Source of the DNA: Octopus vulgaris
Lineage: Eukaryota
Assembly: GCA_951406725.2 (NCBI GenBank)
Contig: OX597830.1
Span: 17,298,001-17,362,000, forward strand
DNA length: 64,000 bases
Direction: 5' to 3'
Shown: positions 14,051 through 29,234 of the stretch, in pieces
Layout: every line of letters starts with the position of its first letter
Numbering within the stretch: position 1 is the first letter of the stretch
Position numbers and translations under genes: made by a program
The notes under the pieces: generated by a model
The model's input: only the letters and a program-made list of their open reading frames with translations
Told to the model about the DNA's origin: nothing
The model's database searches: none

Positions 14051-14057
14051 TATAAAA
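14051..14057 (+). promoter_or_regulatory. Candidate TATA box of the peritrophin-mucin gene
   Basis: TATAAAA lies ~30 nt upstream of an Inr-like AGTCAG (14081-14086). An ATG-free stretch follows and ends in a consensus donor AAG|GTAAGT at 14166/14167. Confidence 0.5.
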
Positions 14058-14080
14058 TCAAGCGGTATGAATGAAAGAGT

Positions 14081-14166
14081 AGTCAGGGTGTACAAAGCTC
14101 GAACAACGGGTGCTTTTTTTTTATATACTATATTATATAGTTTGAAAGAATTAAAAACAAATTAAG
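14081..14166 (+). other. Candidate non-coding first exon (5' UTR); start approximate
   Basis: It contains no ATG and ends in a perfect AG|GTAAGT donor. The ATG at 19208 sits directly after an acceptor and so needs an upstream exon; splicing gives ATTAAG|ATG with A at -3. Confidence 0.5.
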
Positions 14167-14968
14167 GTAAGTCATAACATTTCTCAAATTAAGTATTTTC
14201 GTCTCTTAATCGATTCTTTCACCCCTTTCCTTTTATGGCACATCTACCCAGCCCCCCCACTTTGTTTTCATTCTTCCAAAATCGACAAAATAAAGTATCA
14301 GTGAAATACCGAGGATCAATATAATTTCCTGCACTCTCTCCTAAAATGTTGGTTTTGTACATATGCGAGAAAATAAATGTGTAATAGTATATACATTCGA
14401 AACAATATTAAAGTAAGATAGATAGATAGATAGATAGATAGATATACCATGTAATAAGGTCCTTATATTTACTTAATTTTTCAAATAATTTTACAAATGT
14501 GTTGTTGTCTGCTGGCATTGGCATATCTATGAGTAAACGCGTTTTGTCAACATGATTTTTTACCAAAATATCTAGTCTACTGGCCTTTATAGTATGATCG
14601 GTTTGGATACTAAAGTCCCAAAGAATGGTGACACCTTTATTTTCACCTATTTTGGTGAGCTTATGTTCCCATCAGTTCTTTTCACATGGCAGTCCAAACT
14701 CACGGGATATGATTCGGTGCAAATACTGGCCAACTCTATTAGGGCAACAACCGGCCAGAGACAGACAGCAGTGGAAGGAGTCTAGGGTGGGATCCTCCTT
14801 CATGAGTGATGAAGTCCTGGTTGAGGTTGGGAGTTTAAGCTTATAATATTTGTTTTGCAGCAGCTTAGTATTGGAGCAGTGCTTGAATGAAAATAGGTCT
14901 TACTCTTTAAGGATAAGCAACTGATCAAGACAGAAACATTTGTAATGTATTCATTTCAGGCTAGCATA

Positions 14969-15186
14969 CGAAGTGGGTACTGAAAAGATCCTGGCTTTAA
15001 CGGTATCGCGAAGGGCCTGGTTGAGGGCCTAACATTCTGAGTTCTTTTAGAGGGCTTAGAAAAACCGAAGGACCGCTGCTATAAGTATGTGAATCTGAGA
15101 GGGGAATATGTTCAATAAAATCATAATTAACTGCTCCTCTTGTATATACTTTTATCCAGAGCCAGGAACTTTCCAGCACTCCTTCG
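14969..15186. mobile_element. Mariner-type MITE (partial second copy at ~12678-12893)
   Basis: TA|CGAAGTGGGTACTGAAAAGATCCTGGCT...AGCCAGGAACTTTCCAGCACTCCTTCG|TA: imperfect TIRs with TA flanks. Confidence 0.7.
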
Positions 15187-15809
15187 TATGTTCCCATCAG
15201 TTCTTCTCATATGGGTGTCCAGACTTATGGCATACGAGACAGTGCATATATACTGGCCAAGTCTATGATGACAAGTAATGTATTCATTTGAGGCTAGCAC
15301 AGAGCTAGCATAGAATTGTTTTCCTGGTTACACAACAAAAGTGGCAAGCAGGGTGTGTGCCATCTTAAAGAATATTTGCTTGGTAGTATCTGGCGACTAG
15401 GTATGGAATAGAGGCCTTCATTATAGCAGCCCGGCTGCTATAATGGAGCTGCTACAAACCACATGGTAGCAAAGCAAACTTCTTAACCATACAACCAATT
15501 TTAAAACTTTATGATCAAAGATACAGCTTCCCAACCACATGGTTCCAGGTTCAGTCCCACCGCGTGGCACCTTGGGCAAGTGTCTTTTACTATAGCCTCG
15601 GGCCGACCAAAGCCTTATGAGAAGATTTGGTAGGTGGAAACTGAAAGAAGCCCATCATGTGTGTGTGTGTATTTGTGCCACATCTAGATCGGTGCTGCTG
15701 CACACCTGGGCATCCTTGGTTGCATCCAAATGAGGGTCACACAACAGATTGGTATCAGCTCACTCCCAGACATACTCTTGTCCCTATCTCACTGCCAGGC
15801 TCTTAACTC

Positions 15810-16330
15810 TCTCTGCTTTTTACTAGCATCCCTGCTCCTTGAACCCACACCTGGTGTTATTCAGTGCGTTTAAGAGTGAGATCAGTGCCATGCAAAAGAG
15901 TAATGGTAAGAGAGAATCACCTTGAAAGATGCCTCGTTTGTTGCTTATGTTGTTAGATTGTCTCATCCCATTACATTGGTTTATAAGGAGACGTATATTC
16001 CACTTGGCCATGCTATCTTATAATAATTTGGAGACGACTGGAGAGATCTTGTATAACTCAAGGGCCTTGAGTAGCCAATTATGTGGGTCACTATCAAACG
16101 CTTTCCTGTAATCTATTCATGTCATACTCAGATTCTTCTTTTAGCTCCGGCAATTCTCTACAATCATTTTATTTACGAGCAATTGATCTTTGCAGCCATA
16201 AGAATTCCTTTTACAGCCTTTTTGAGCTTGTGGAATGATAGAGTTCTGTTAGTATGGATGTGAGGAACTTGTAGATGGTGTTGAGACACGTTATTGGTCG
16301 GTAGTTCTTTGGATTTTTGTGTCTTCAGTT
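15810..16330 (-). mobile_element. R4/Dong-like non-LTR retrotransposon RT fragment
   Basis: KRGIFQGDSLLPLLFCMAL and KAFDSDPH-like motifs. Confidence 0.75.
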
Positions 16331-16599
16331 TTTGGTGGAAGGTATGTTGTTCCTTCAGTCAGTCAGGCAGGTATTAACGATACCAGCAGTAGCAATAAAA
16401 CCAACACCAAACGCGAACAACAATACCAATATTACCAACAACAACTGCAAGAACACCTTGTCAGCCGGCTGGTTTGGCGTCGGAGTGTCGCGCGCGTTTG
16501 CGACGATGAAAAACTTCCAAGCAAAACAAGACCACGTTACAACATAGACCTCACGAACAAATAGGAGATATTAACCCAGGCATGGATGCTCATCAAGTA

Positions 16600-17620
16600 T
16601 GAACAAACCTAGGTCAACTTAGCCATACCAAAAGAAGCAATTGAAGCAGTAGAGAAAGAAAAAAATGGTTCATTTCAGATGCATCTCAGCAGAGACTAAG
16701 AAACCAGCGATAATAGCACAGGCAGATATTGAAGCTGAATTGAGATGTATCAGGGATGATACCGAGGGGCAGACAATATGGTACCATTTCGGTGCTTTTT
16801 AAGTCAGAAGCCCCTTGCAAAATCAGAAAAGTCATTATGTACCCATCCTATATGGGAAAAAGAATAGTATGTGTCCGCATTCCCAAGATTCTACGAAGAC
16901 ATGACATGTGGTGGCTTCTGGGATGCGTGATTGAGCAAGAGTCAGATACAGTCCCGATAGAGGTGACAAAAACTGCCAGGGAGGACTGATCTGGGGTGGA
17001 TCTGGAGATATTTCTCTAGATCAAGTCCGAAAACTTCAAAAGAATCCCCGGACCACATCCGTTGCCAAAACGGGACGGTATTGCATATAATGGTGGCGAG
17101 CTGGCAGAAACGTTAACACGCCGGGCGAAATGCGTAGCTGTATTTCGTCTGCCGTTACGTTCTGAGTTCAAATTCCGCCGAGGTCGACTTTGCCTTTCAT
17201 CCTTTCGGGGTCGATTAAATAAGTACCAGTTACGCACTGGGCTCGATATAATCGACTTAATCCGTTTGACTGTCCTTGTTTGTCCTCTCTGTGTTTAGCC
17301 CCATGTGGGTAGTAAAGAAATAGGTATTGCATATAATGACTCAGGGCAGAAGGCCACATTGTTTCGTTTGTGGAGAAACTACTCATTTGCGAGCTTTCTG
17401 CCCTCAACTGATAAAATGTGCAAGGGATCGAAGGCCTCCACTGCTGCCTATGCCGGGACGAGGACCATAGCCAACACCAGCACCGGTAAAACTACCAGCA
17501 ACAACAAGCGAAACACCACCAAAGACACTGACCACCCTAGGGGGAAAAGAGGTAACCTCTCCCACCCCACACCAATAAATACACACATAAATAAGAATAT
17601 AAACACACAACCACAGATCC
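16600..17620 (+). mobile_element. Degenerate gag/ORF1-like retroelement fragment with CCHC zinc knuckle
   Basis: GRRPHCFVCGETTHLRAFCPQL at ~17346-17410; homologous copy on the minus strand at ~33990-34200. The 5' extent is uncertain. Confidence 0.6.
17092..17328 (+). mobile_element. SINE family A monomer
   Basis: Flanked by the duplicated target GGTATTGCATATAATG. Confidence 0.9.
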
Positions 17621-17621
17621 C

Positions 17622-19128
<1,507 letters not shown>

Positions 19129-19207
19129 CTACTCGGAAAATACTACATACTACACCACTGTTACCTCCGCTATTATAGATTTACGTTTCTTTCTTTCTCC
19201 GTTCCAG

Positions 19208-19271
19208 ATGACGATGCTTGTTCTGTTATCCCTGATACTACTGTCAACTACACACCATGTCCTTGCATCAT
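19208..19271 (+). CDS. Coding exon 1: signal peptide MTMLVLLSLILLSTTHHVLAS of a secreted chitin-binding mucin (peritrophin-like)
   Basis: Polypyrimidine tract plus TTCCAG|ATG, hydrophobic core and VLA-S cleavage-like motif. Donor T|GTAAGT is phase 1 and matches the next exon (T+CT = Ser). Confidence 0.8.
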
Positions 19272-19361
19272 GTAAGTAGAACTTTTATAAAGCCTGTTGT
19301 CTTGTTTCTATTTGTTGTTGTCATTTATATTTCATCGTTTAATCAGAAGATATGTGTTTCT

Positions 19362-19584
19362 TTACTTGCCCACAAGGGGCTAAACATAGACGGGACAAAC
19401 AAGGACAGACAAACGGATTATGTCGATTACATCGACCCCAGTGCGTAACTGGTACTTATTTTATCGACCCCGAAAGGATGAAAGGCAAAGTCGACCTCGG
19501 CGGAATTTGAACTCAGAGCGTAACGGCAAACGAAATACGGCTACACATTTCGCCCGGCGTGCTAACGGTTCTTCCAGCTCGCCA
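19362..19584 (-). mobile_element. SINE family A monomer
   Basis: Reverse complement of the family A consensus. Confidence 0.85.
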
Positions 19585-20194
19585 CCTCTTTAATCAGAGG
19601 ATATGAGCTAGGGCCCTTGGCCCTTTTCAGAGTCAAGGGCTCTAAAGAAACCCGAAGATACCTGTGAAACGCTTGTATCCACCGGTCAAACCGAGTCAAG
19701 TACTTAACTGGTGCTTTATTCTATCGACCCCGGAAGCATGAAAGATAAAGTTAACATGGACAAGATTTGAACTCGGAACATATCAAGTATCGCAGTGCCT
19801 TTTTTCGCATGCTCCGACGATTCAGCGATTTCTCGAATGTTGGGTTCCCAAATTATCATACTTCAGAATTTGATATTTATTGAAAGTATTGAGATAAGCA
19901 CAGGCATGTTTGTCTGTCCTTGTTTGTCCCCTCTGTGTTTAGCCCCTTGTGGGTAGTAAAGAAATAGGTATTGGTCTGTTGTACTGCTTTTAGCGACTTC
20001 CTTTTGCCTTCTGTATTCATCCTTCAAGGTTGATCGATAACAAAGAAGTAACCATCATGTACTGTAAAAACTGATCGTTTCCTTCCCCCGTCTCCATCCT
20101 AACCTGCAAAATGCGTGGCCCTATGTCTATATATGGAAATACAACGAATTATCGAGAAAACAGTTTCAACACCGTGAAGTATATTTGCCACTTA

Positions 20195-20505
20195 AATGTG
20201 GTTAACCACTAAGGGTTGATGCTACTGTAGCTTGTAGCCCCAGGAAGACACCTCCTCCAGCTGGCTATTGACACACTTTCCGTGCCCTGTCAGTATTTGC
20301 AAAGGGAAGCCATCCTTCCCATCGTCGACCTGACGTGATACGCACGGACCCGGGTTTCTGAGTATTTACCCGTCGTCAGCGCACGGCAATCACCGGCCTT
20401 CGATGCCAAAGGGTCCCAATGCAAATACATATATCCTTTTTCCAGTGACGAAAAGTCAATGATCTCGAAAAGGTGTAAACAAGCAATCACCAGCAAAGGG
20501 TTCTG

Positions 20506-20572
<67 letters not shown>
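20195..20572 (+). mobile_element. Unclassified dispersed repeat ending in (CTA)n; second copy on the minus strand at ~63805-63995
   Basis: Shared CTAAGGGT(T/G)GATGCTACTGTAG...CCAGCTGGCTAT...CAGTATTTG..AAGGGAAG. Confidence 0.6.
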
Positions 20573-20573
<1 letters not shown>

Positions 20574-20609
20574 GTCCTTTAAAATATGATTTTCTCCTTT
20601 CTCTTTCAG

Positions 20610-20756
20610 CTACTCCTTGTGAAGACAGACCCTTTATAGCTGATCCGAATAATAATAATACAATATATTACACGCGTGACGGTACTGTGGAGCTGTCTTG
20701 CAGGGCAAACGAAAAGTTTGTCGAAGCCCTACAAAGTTGTATTAGCCTAAGCGATG
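20610..20756 (+). CDS. Coding exon 2: degenerate chitin-binding type-2 domain (TPCEDRPFIADPNNNNTIYYTRDGTVELSCRANEKFVEALQSCISLSD)
   Basis: Acceptor TTTCAG|, donor G|GTAAGT, 147 nt, phase 1-1. The ADP..YY..ELSC..EKF...C pattern resembles the downstream domains, but only 3 Cys are present. Confidence 0.8.
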
Positions 20757-21805
20757 GTAAGTATTGGCCATTTGCTCAATGTCTCTTTTGTACCGTTTCG
20801 TAACTGGAATTTCGTAAAAATTATAAATGGGCACCAAATCATCGTATTTTATATTCCATATTTCAGTCAACTCTTATTGTTGACAACCAAAGTTTGTTCA
20901 TATCTAATATCAATACACGATCAGTTTCAAGTTAAGATCTCTGTCCATGTACCGCGGACAAAGTCCCAGATCCGTAGTAGAAATATAATGTAGAACAAGC
21001 AATGTACTTGATCTTAAGTAAACAGACAGAGGAAGAGCAATGTCTTTGCGATAGATTGCAGAATATGCAATCTATCCGGCATAATTGTCATATCTTGTGA
21101 TAGAAAAACTGTCCTTTTTGTGGTCGTATAACCCACCCGAGAGAATCAAATAACTTGTTACTTATGTTTGAAGAAAAGTGAGATTAACAGAGTCGTAGTG
21201 AGATTAACAGATTAACAGATTAACAGAGGCGAAGGAAACAAACGGAGAGCTATAGGAGTAGATGTGAGAAAACGTGAGAAACGTAAGAAAACGTATGGGA
21301 ATTGGAGTGCTAGGGAATACAAGGAGTGTTTGAGAATATGTAAGAGAAATGAAGAAACACTCAGTGAGTTGGGCAGTATAAGGGTGATGTTAGGAAAAAT
21401 GGCTTTCACGTGATATTGCGAGAGTTTCCTTCAAACTCTCTATAAATCTGTGCCCCACAATCTCCGATGAGATTATGTTGCTACATATTATATTGCTACA
21501 ACTACATCCCAAAGATACGAGTTCCCTTTTCGGACTAAATGTTTCTGTCTTGATCAGTTGCTTATCTTTAAAGAGTAAGACCTATTTTCATTCAAGTACT
21601 GCTCCAATACTAAGCTGCTGCAAAACAAATATCTTAAGCTTAAACTCCCAACCTCAACCAGGACTTCATCACTCATGAAGGAGGAACCCACCCTGGAATC
21701 CTTCCACTGCTGTCTGTCTCTGGCCGGTTGTTACCCTAATGACACCAGGTAGCCAGTGAGACCATCTTGCCATCTTGTCTTTGATCGGCCTCTTGATCAT
21801 GTGAG

Positions 21806-22097
21806 GAGGCACATGGCCTAGTGGTTAGAGCAGCGGACTCATGGTCGAGGGATCGCGGGTTCGAATCTCAGACCGGGCGATGTGTGTGTTTATGAGCGAA
21901 ACACCTAAGCTCCACGCAGCCCCGGCAGAAGGTAATGGCGAAACTTCTACTGATTCTTTCGCCACAACTTTCTCTCACTCTTTCCTCCTGCATCTTGCAG
22001 CTCACCTGCGACGGACAGGCTTCCCGTCCAGGTGGGGAACCTGTACGCCAAGAAACCGGGAAACTGGCCCTTATGAGCCAGGCATGGCTAGAGAAGG
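21806..22097 (+). mobile_element. tRNA-derived SINE with a family C-like head and V-domain-like core
   Basis: TGGCCTAGTGGTTAGAG...GGTTCGAATC head; GCGACGGACAGGCTTCCCGTCCAGGTGG core. Confidence 0.7.
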
Positions 22098-22139
22098 TCG
22101 ATAAATTAAATACCAGTTACGCACTGGGGTATTTCAGTC

Positions 22140-22840
22140 CTTCAGTCTCGTGATGTGGCCATCCCATCTATATTTGTTATCCTTGATAGTCCTTATGATG
22201 TAGTTGACTCTCGTGTGCTGTCGAATCCAGGCATTGGTTTTCTTGTCCCGCAGTGTGATGCCGAGCATGATTCGTTCCATTTTCCGTTGGGCTACAATGA
22301 GGGCGTTCATGATGGTAGTGTTGAGAGCCCATGTTTAACTACCGCAAATCATCACTGGCAGGATATACTCGTTGAAGATTTTTCTTTTAATTTTCATGGA
22401 AGTTTTGAAACTTTTCATGAGACTTTCCACTCTCCCAAAGGGCGCCTAACCAGGCGGAGATTTCTGTCTTTCGTCCCTATTTTCACCAGGTAAACGTAGC
22501 TGTCTATTTCTTCTATGATCTTGACGTTTACGGTGATGGGCGCTGGAATAGCGAGCTTGTTGAACAAGACCTTGGTCTTTCCAAGGTTCATGCTGAGGCC
22601 TACAGGTTGACTTGTAGTGTGGATGTCGGTGAGCATTTCCTCCAATTACTTAGGTGTACGCAGAGTCAAGATGATATCATCTGCAAAATCCAGGTGACAT
22701 GGTTGTTCTCCGTCAATGTCGGTACCTTTCTTGTCCCATTGGATTTTGTTGATGACAGCGTCTTGCAGGCACCATGTAAACGACTTAAGTGAGATGTTAT
22801 CGCCTTACCTTACTTCCTTCTCCAGCTTAATCTGATACCC
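22140..22840 (-). mobile_element. RTE-type LINE RT relic
   Basis: FADDII, GLSMNLGKTKVLFN and IEEIDSYVYL motifs. Confidence 0.75.
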
Positions 22841-23439
22841 TGTAATAGTCATTTAGCTGATCGGAAAAGATTCAGATTCATTTACTAAAAAACAACTACA
22901 AAGAAAAACTACAACGAGAAGGACGAGTTGTTTAATTTCTCTGTCTTATTACGCTTGCTCAACGGTTTCTGCTTTTTGGAAGATGTTATTTGCATCCTGT
23001 CTTCGCTCAGATCGTTGAAGGCACTTCTTTTACTTGTGTTCAGACATTAGACTGCGTCCATGCTGGGGCACTACTTTAAATTTTTTTGATCGAATGAACC
23101 GATCCCAGTACTACTTTTTAAAATCCGGTATCCAGTACTACTTTTTAAAATCCGGTATCCAGTACTACTTTTTAAAATCCGGTATCCAGTACTACTTTTT
23201 AAAGTAGGTATCATTTGTAGAGCCGCTAAGTACGTATACACACATACATGGAAAAATACCCTCTTGATGTTGAAATTCCAATGAATAAGCTTTGGATGTA
23301 GGCTAGAAACCGGCTCCTTCCCTACTGGCAAAAAATTTTGAAATAAAACTGAATAATGACATACAAAGTGCAAGAGGTATTTTCAGGACGTATTTTAAAA
23401 TATAATTCTAATTAAAATATAATTAAAATATAAAACAAA

Positions 23440-25230
23440 TGTATTTTAAAAAAATATTCTTGATAATTTTTCTAAGATTGTTCTCTGAATCCACGTTCAG
23501 CTTCGATAACTGCTGCAATGTGGGATTGGAATTGCTGACGTGTCCACATTAAACGGTCCTTATTCAGTCTGGGCATCACCAGGGCAATAGAAGCCTACAG
23601 TAAAGCTCAGCTATTGTTATGATGTCGACTAGTTTTTCTTTAAATGACGTTCCAAACGTGGTAGTCCATACGATTTACAATGGAGTGCTGAAATTTACGA
23701 AGGGTGCACGAAGACAGGAGCTTTTCAGTACCTCTTGCAAAAAGCTGGTGAGTTTGGAGGCCACGAGTTTGGTGTTACATGATCATAAAGATTGTCTGAC
23801 ATCTATTCTTGGTTAAGTGGACTTTGTGAGAAGGAACTGAGGTTTTTCAAAACACATATGGCCTTCCATTGCATTCTTCATCCATCTAGGGCTTAACAAC
23901 TGCCTCCGGCCCCTAAATGTTTTCAGCTGCGTTAATTCTTAGACCCAGTGGAAATACGCGAAGTGGCATGATATGACCGACGTTACTCACCACTCTTAAA
24001 AGCATCAAGTATGTTGGAGACTTGGCGTGCATCTTGCTGGTGACATAATGAGGATCTGCACATAAGCATCTGTCATTTCTCCTGTAAGACTTTAGGTTTT
24101 GCTCGAAGTGTTTCTCATCAGAGAGGGTCCAAAGTGCACCATATTTATAAAGGTCTGTTACAGATTAGACGGTTTAAATCCCGTCTTTACAGACTCTGTC
24201 TTTACAGACATGAATTGGTTTCTTACTTTTTACTGCCCACAAGGTGCTAAACACAGAGGGGACTAACAAGGACAGACAAACGGATTAAGTCGATTACATC
24301 GACCCCAGTGCGTAACTGCTACTTATTTAATCGATACCGAAAGGATGAAAGGCAAAGTCGACCTCGGCGGAATTTGAACTCAGAACGTAGCGGCAGACGA
24401 AATACCTATTTCTTTACTACCCACAAGGGGCTAAACACAGAGAGGACAAACAAGGATAGACAAACGGATTAAGTCGATTATATCGACCCCAGTGCGTAAT
24501 TGGTACTTATTTAATCGATCCCGAAAGGATGAAAGGCAAAGTTGACCTCGGCGGAATTTGAACTCAGAACGTAGCGGCAGACGAAATACCTATTTCTTTA
24601 CTACCCACAAGGGCTAAACACAGAGAGGACAAACAAGGACAGATACACTGATTAAGTCGATTACATCAACCCCAGTGCGTAACTGGTACTTATTTAATCG
24701 ACCCCAAAAGGATGAAAGGCAAAGTCGACCTCGGCGGAATTTCGCCAGGCGTGCCAACGTTTCTGCCAGCTCGGCATGGATTGGTTTCTCCTCAGTACAT
24801 AAACCTTGTATCGAATGTTCTCGCGCACCACAGTTCTGGTAGTCCACTCAGTCACCTGAAAATCTTTGGCGATTAACCTCATTGATTTTCAGGAATCGTC
24901 ATCGACAATATTTTGAAACCGTTAGATGAATTGCGGTGTCCTTATAGTATTCAAACGTTTAGAATGTCTTTCTTTTTTCCCGTTGATACAATTGAAACAT
25001 GTCAGCCAGGGGCTTCTAATGCCATCTGTATTTTGCGTACAAAAGACAATGCAACATTCAGAAAGATGTCAATTTCTAAACCATAAGTTCACAATGCCTA
25101 CATACTGTTTCATTTTGTTGTATTAGAATTTTATTTGCTAGTGCGGAGCTTAAACAAATAAAAATTTTTTTAAACAGTTTGAAGAGTGTTAATATACTGA
25201 TGTTTAAGTGTTGTCAAATACTCTTCACAT
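23440..25230 (-). mobile_element. Decayed Tc1/mariner-superfamily (maT/DD37D-like) transposon, interrupted by a SINE multimer
   Basis: KSMRLIAKDFQVTEWTTRTVVRENIRYK HTH-like segment and SDEK-like motif; heavily degenerate, boundaries approximate. Confidence 0.55.
24224..24774 (-). mobile_element. SINE family A trimer
   Basis: Three units plus one head inside a 15-bp TSD CATG(A/G)ATTGGTTTCT (24209-24223 and 24775-24789). Confidence 0.9.
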
Positions 25231-25459
25231 CCGGTATATGAGAGCATAAGATGTACGTGTGTATATTGACTTGTATTTGTGTGAATAAATTTACGTGTAT
25301 TACTTAGCGTTTGTCTTGTTTGATAAATATTAAGCGTAAACATAAATACATTAAAACAGAACAGCTGTTCTGTGCACGCAGCTCATTTTTGTTTATAAAT
25401 TTGTTATATTCTTGTCTGTTCTTATGCCGCTCTCTTGTACTTATCTATCTATCTTTCTA

Positions 25460-25561
<102 letters not shown>

Positions 25562-25838
25562 ACAGAAATGTCAATATGAGGTGCAAAGGGGAGGACAGGT
25601 GAGGTTTACCCGTGGAAAGAAAAGCCTACGGAAAAGACCACGGTAACCTCGGTCAATGAAGTCACATGTTATATTTCTTTTTTTTTTGCAACTTTTTAAA
25701 GAATTTTTTTATTTTATCCCCCCCTTTTTTTGTCCTCTTTCTTTCCATTTACGATCCCTTTTGATCCCCCAAAAGAAAAGCTCTACCATGTAATTTTGTC
25801 CTGTCTGTGTGCAGCCCTGTGTGGCTAATAAAGAAACA

Positions 25839-25903
<65 letters not shown>

Positions 25904-25972
25904 GTTTAACTGTCTGTCTGTCCGTCGGTCTGTCTATCTATCTATCTATCTATCAACCAATCTACCTATCTC

Positions 25973-26009
<37 letters not shown>

Positions 26010-27034
26010 GCACGCACGCACACACACATACACACACACACGCATTATGAAAATGGCGCTTCAGTGTAGCTTTAAATTTTGGCATATACCACATTTTAAC
26101 GTGTATAAGGAACCCCCTAATTTTTAGGGGCTTAAAATTTGGAAAAAAGATTTTGTAAGGGTTTATAATACTATCCATGTATAAGAAACTCACAAATTTT
26201 AAAATTTAATTTTTGACAAAAAAAGGGTTCCTTATGCGCCTTAAAATAACGGTATATGTTCAGAGTTAATACTCCCATACATACATGCACATATGTACAT
26301 ACATACACACATGTACATACATAAACACATACATACATGCAACACACGTACACATACCTACGTGCGCACATACATACATACATACATACATACATACATA
26401 CATAATACATATATAATACATACATACATACACACATACATACATACACACATACATACATACATACACACATACATACATACATACACACATACATGCA
26501 TACATACATACACACATACAAACACACATACATACATACATACATACATACTTCATACATAATACATAATACATACATACATACATACATACATACATAC
26601 ATACATACATACACACATACACACATACATACATACATACATACATACATAATACAAGCGTACATACATAATACATACATACATACATACATACATACAT
26701 ACACACATACATACATACATACACACATACACACATACATACATACATACATACATACATACATAATACATGCATACATACATAATACATACATACATAC
26801 ATACATACATACATACATACATACATACATACACACACATACATACATAATACATACATACATACATACATATATATTTTTTCTGTGTCCCTTTCTGTAG
26901 AAGAGCGTAGGCTCGAAACATAAAATACTTTTTCTATTCCTGAGCGTTATACTAATACATCTGTTTGTTTTGTACACCACCTGTCTTCGTCTTTTGTTTT
27001 TTTCGGCTACCGAATAATTGTCACATATTACATT

Positions 27035-27170
<136 letters not shown>

Positions 27171-27757
27171 TCACCTCACCATCGCTTGACAACCGACGCT
27201 GGTGTGTTTATGTCCCCGTATCTTAGCGGTTCGGTGAAAGCGGCTGATAGAATAAGTAGCAGCCTTACAAAGAATAACTTCGACTAAAACCCTTTAAGGT
27301 AGTGCTCAAGCTTGGCCGCAGTCAAATGACTGGACCAAGTAAAAGAATAATAGAATATTGCGATAGATGACTCAAAACAAAATATCAGCGGAATGTGGTG
27401 CAGCAGGAGGACACAGGTGGATGGAATGGGTCGCTGAAGGGGTCACAGGTGTGTGACGAAAGATTTCCAGGTAATGGACATAATATAAAGTAAGAATAAG
27501 AACCAACAATCTTATTAAAGCACAAATGGATATTGTTGTGCAGGACCACTAAACTTAAAAATGCACTCTTATGGAAGTTAGCAGCCTACTTAACATCAAC
27601 GTGATGAGAAAACTACAGGAGAATGAAGACATCTATGAATCACTAAGGAGGAGTTTTTTTTTAATATCCAGTACCTCAGATATGTTTTTTCAGCTTTATA
27701 GCCGTTATTATTGTAGCAAAAGCCTACATAGCATTCTGCCTAGATCTAAGTAAGGCT

Positions 27758-28143
27758 GGAGGCGCAATGGCCCAGTGGTTAGGGCAGCGGACTCGCGGTC
27801 ATAGGATCGCGGTTTCGATTCCCAGACCGGGCGTTGTGAGTATTTATTGAGCGAAAACACCTAAAAGCTCCACGAGGCTCCGGCAGGGGATGGTGGTGAT
27901 CCCTGCTGTACTCTTTCACCACAACTTTCTCTCACTCTTACTTCCTGTTTCTGTTGTACCTGTATTTCAAGGGACCGGCCTTGTCACTCTCTGTGTCACG
28001 CTGAATATCCCCGAGAACTACGTTAAGGGTGCACATGTCTGTGGAGTGCTCAGCCACTTACACGTTAATTTCACGAGCAGGCTGTTCTGTTGATTCGGAT
28101 CTACCGGAACCCTCGTCGTCGTAACCGACGGCGTGCTTCCATC
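27758..28143 (+). mobile_element. SINE family C, full length
   Basis: TSD AAGTAAGGCT; near-identical to 10438-10821. Confidence 0.9.
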
Positions 28144-28619
28144 AAGTAAGGCTGAAATTGAGGACGTGGCGGAAGAGTGTAGACTCTATAATTTTTATAT
28201 TACAGACGATTACCACAACTGGGACAGCAAGTTCTGAAAGGCTTGAAATTCAAAGGGTGAAATTTTGTGCGAAGGAAGACGGAGAAAACGAGATCCGCTT
28301 TAAAAATATCTCCTCTGTTCGGCCTCACTTGCCAACAGGTGGCTTGCGACGACGATAAATTGGAACTGCATTTAGGAAAAGAAAACACACACATTCACCC
28401 ATCCCCCCTCTCTCGCTTTATACATACATACATACATACATACATACAAGCATAAATACATACCATCAATACAGAAGTGTGTGAATAAATATATTGACAT
28501 TAACGCATTAATATTTGATTAATTAAATACGTGTCATATAAGTGGTTTTTCAAACGGATGTAACAGCACTTCTGTGTGTCGATAGCGTCATGACAACACA
28601 CACACACGTACGCACGCAT

Positions 28620-28683
<64 letters not shown>

Positions 28684-28749
28684 GCACACACGCGTATATA
28701 CAGAAACACACTCACATATGTATGTTTATCCTTGTACATATATTACTTT

Positions 28750-29166
28750 CTCTTTTACTCTTTTACTTGTTTCAGTCATTTGACTGCGGCCATGCTGGAG
28801 CACCGCATTTAGTCGAGCAAATCGACCCCGGGACTTATTCTTTGTAAGCCCAGTACTTATTCTATCGGTCTCTTTTGCCGAACCGCTAAGTGACGGGGAT
28901 GTAAACACACCAGCATCGGTTGTCAAGCAATGCTACGGGGACAAAGACAGACACACAAACACATATACACACACAAACACACACATATATATATATATAT
29001 ATACGACAGGCTTCTTTCAGTTTCCGTCTACCAAATCCACTCACAAGGCATTGGTCGGCCCGGGGCTATAGCAGAAGACACTTGCCCAAGGTTCCACGCA
29101 GTGGGAATGAACCCAGAATCGTGTGGTTGGTTAGCAAGCTACTTACCACACAGCCACTCCTACGCC
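28750..29166 (-). mobile_element. SINE family B
   Basis: Near-identical to other copies. Confidence 0.85.
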
Positions 29167-29234
29167 TATTGTAGATGTTTATACATATATACATGTGTGT
29201 ATGTACCTATCTATTTTTGTTTAGGGTAACTTAC

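Noticed and set aside
23104-23203. 27-bp tandem repeat giving an ILKSSTGYR repeat ORF
   Set aside because: Local slippage inside a degenerate SINE; no splice or coding support.
27758-27830. tRNA gene-like sequences (also at 10750-10821 and 21806-21875)
   Set aside because: tRNA-derived SINE heads continuing into repeat bodies, with TSDs in two cases.
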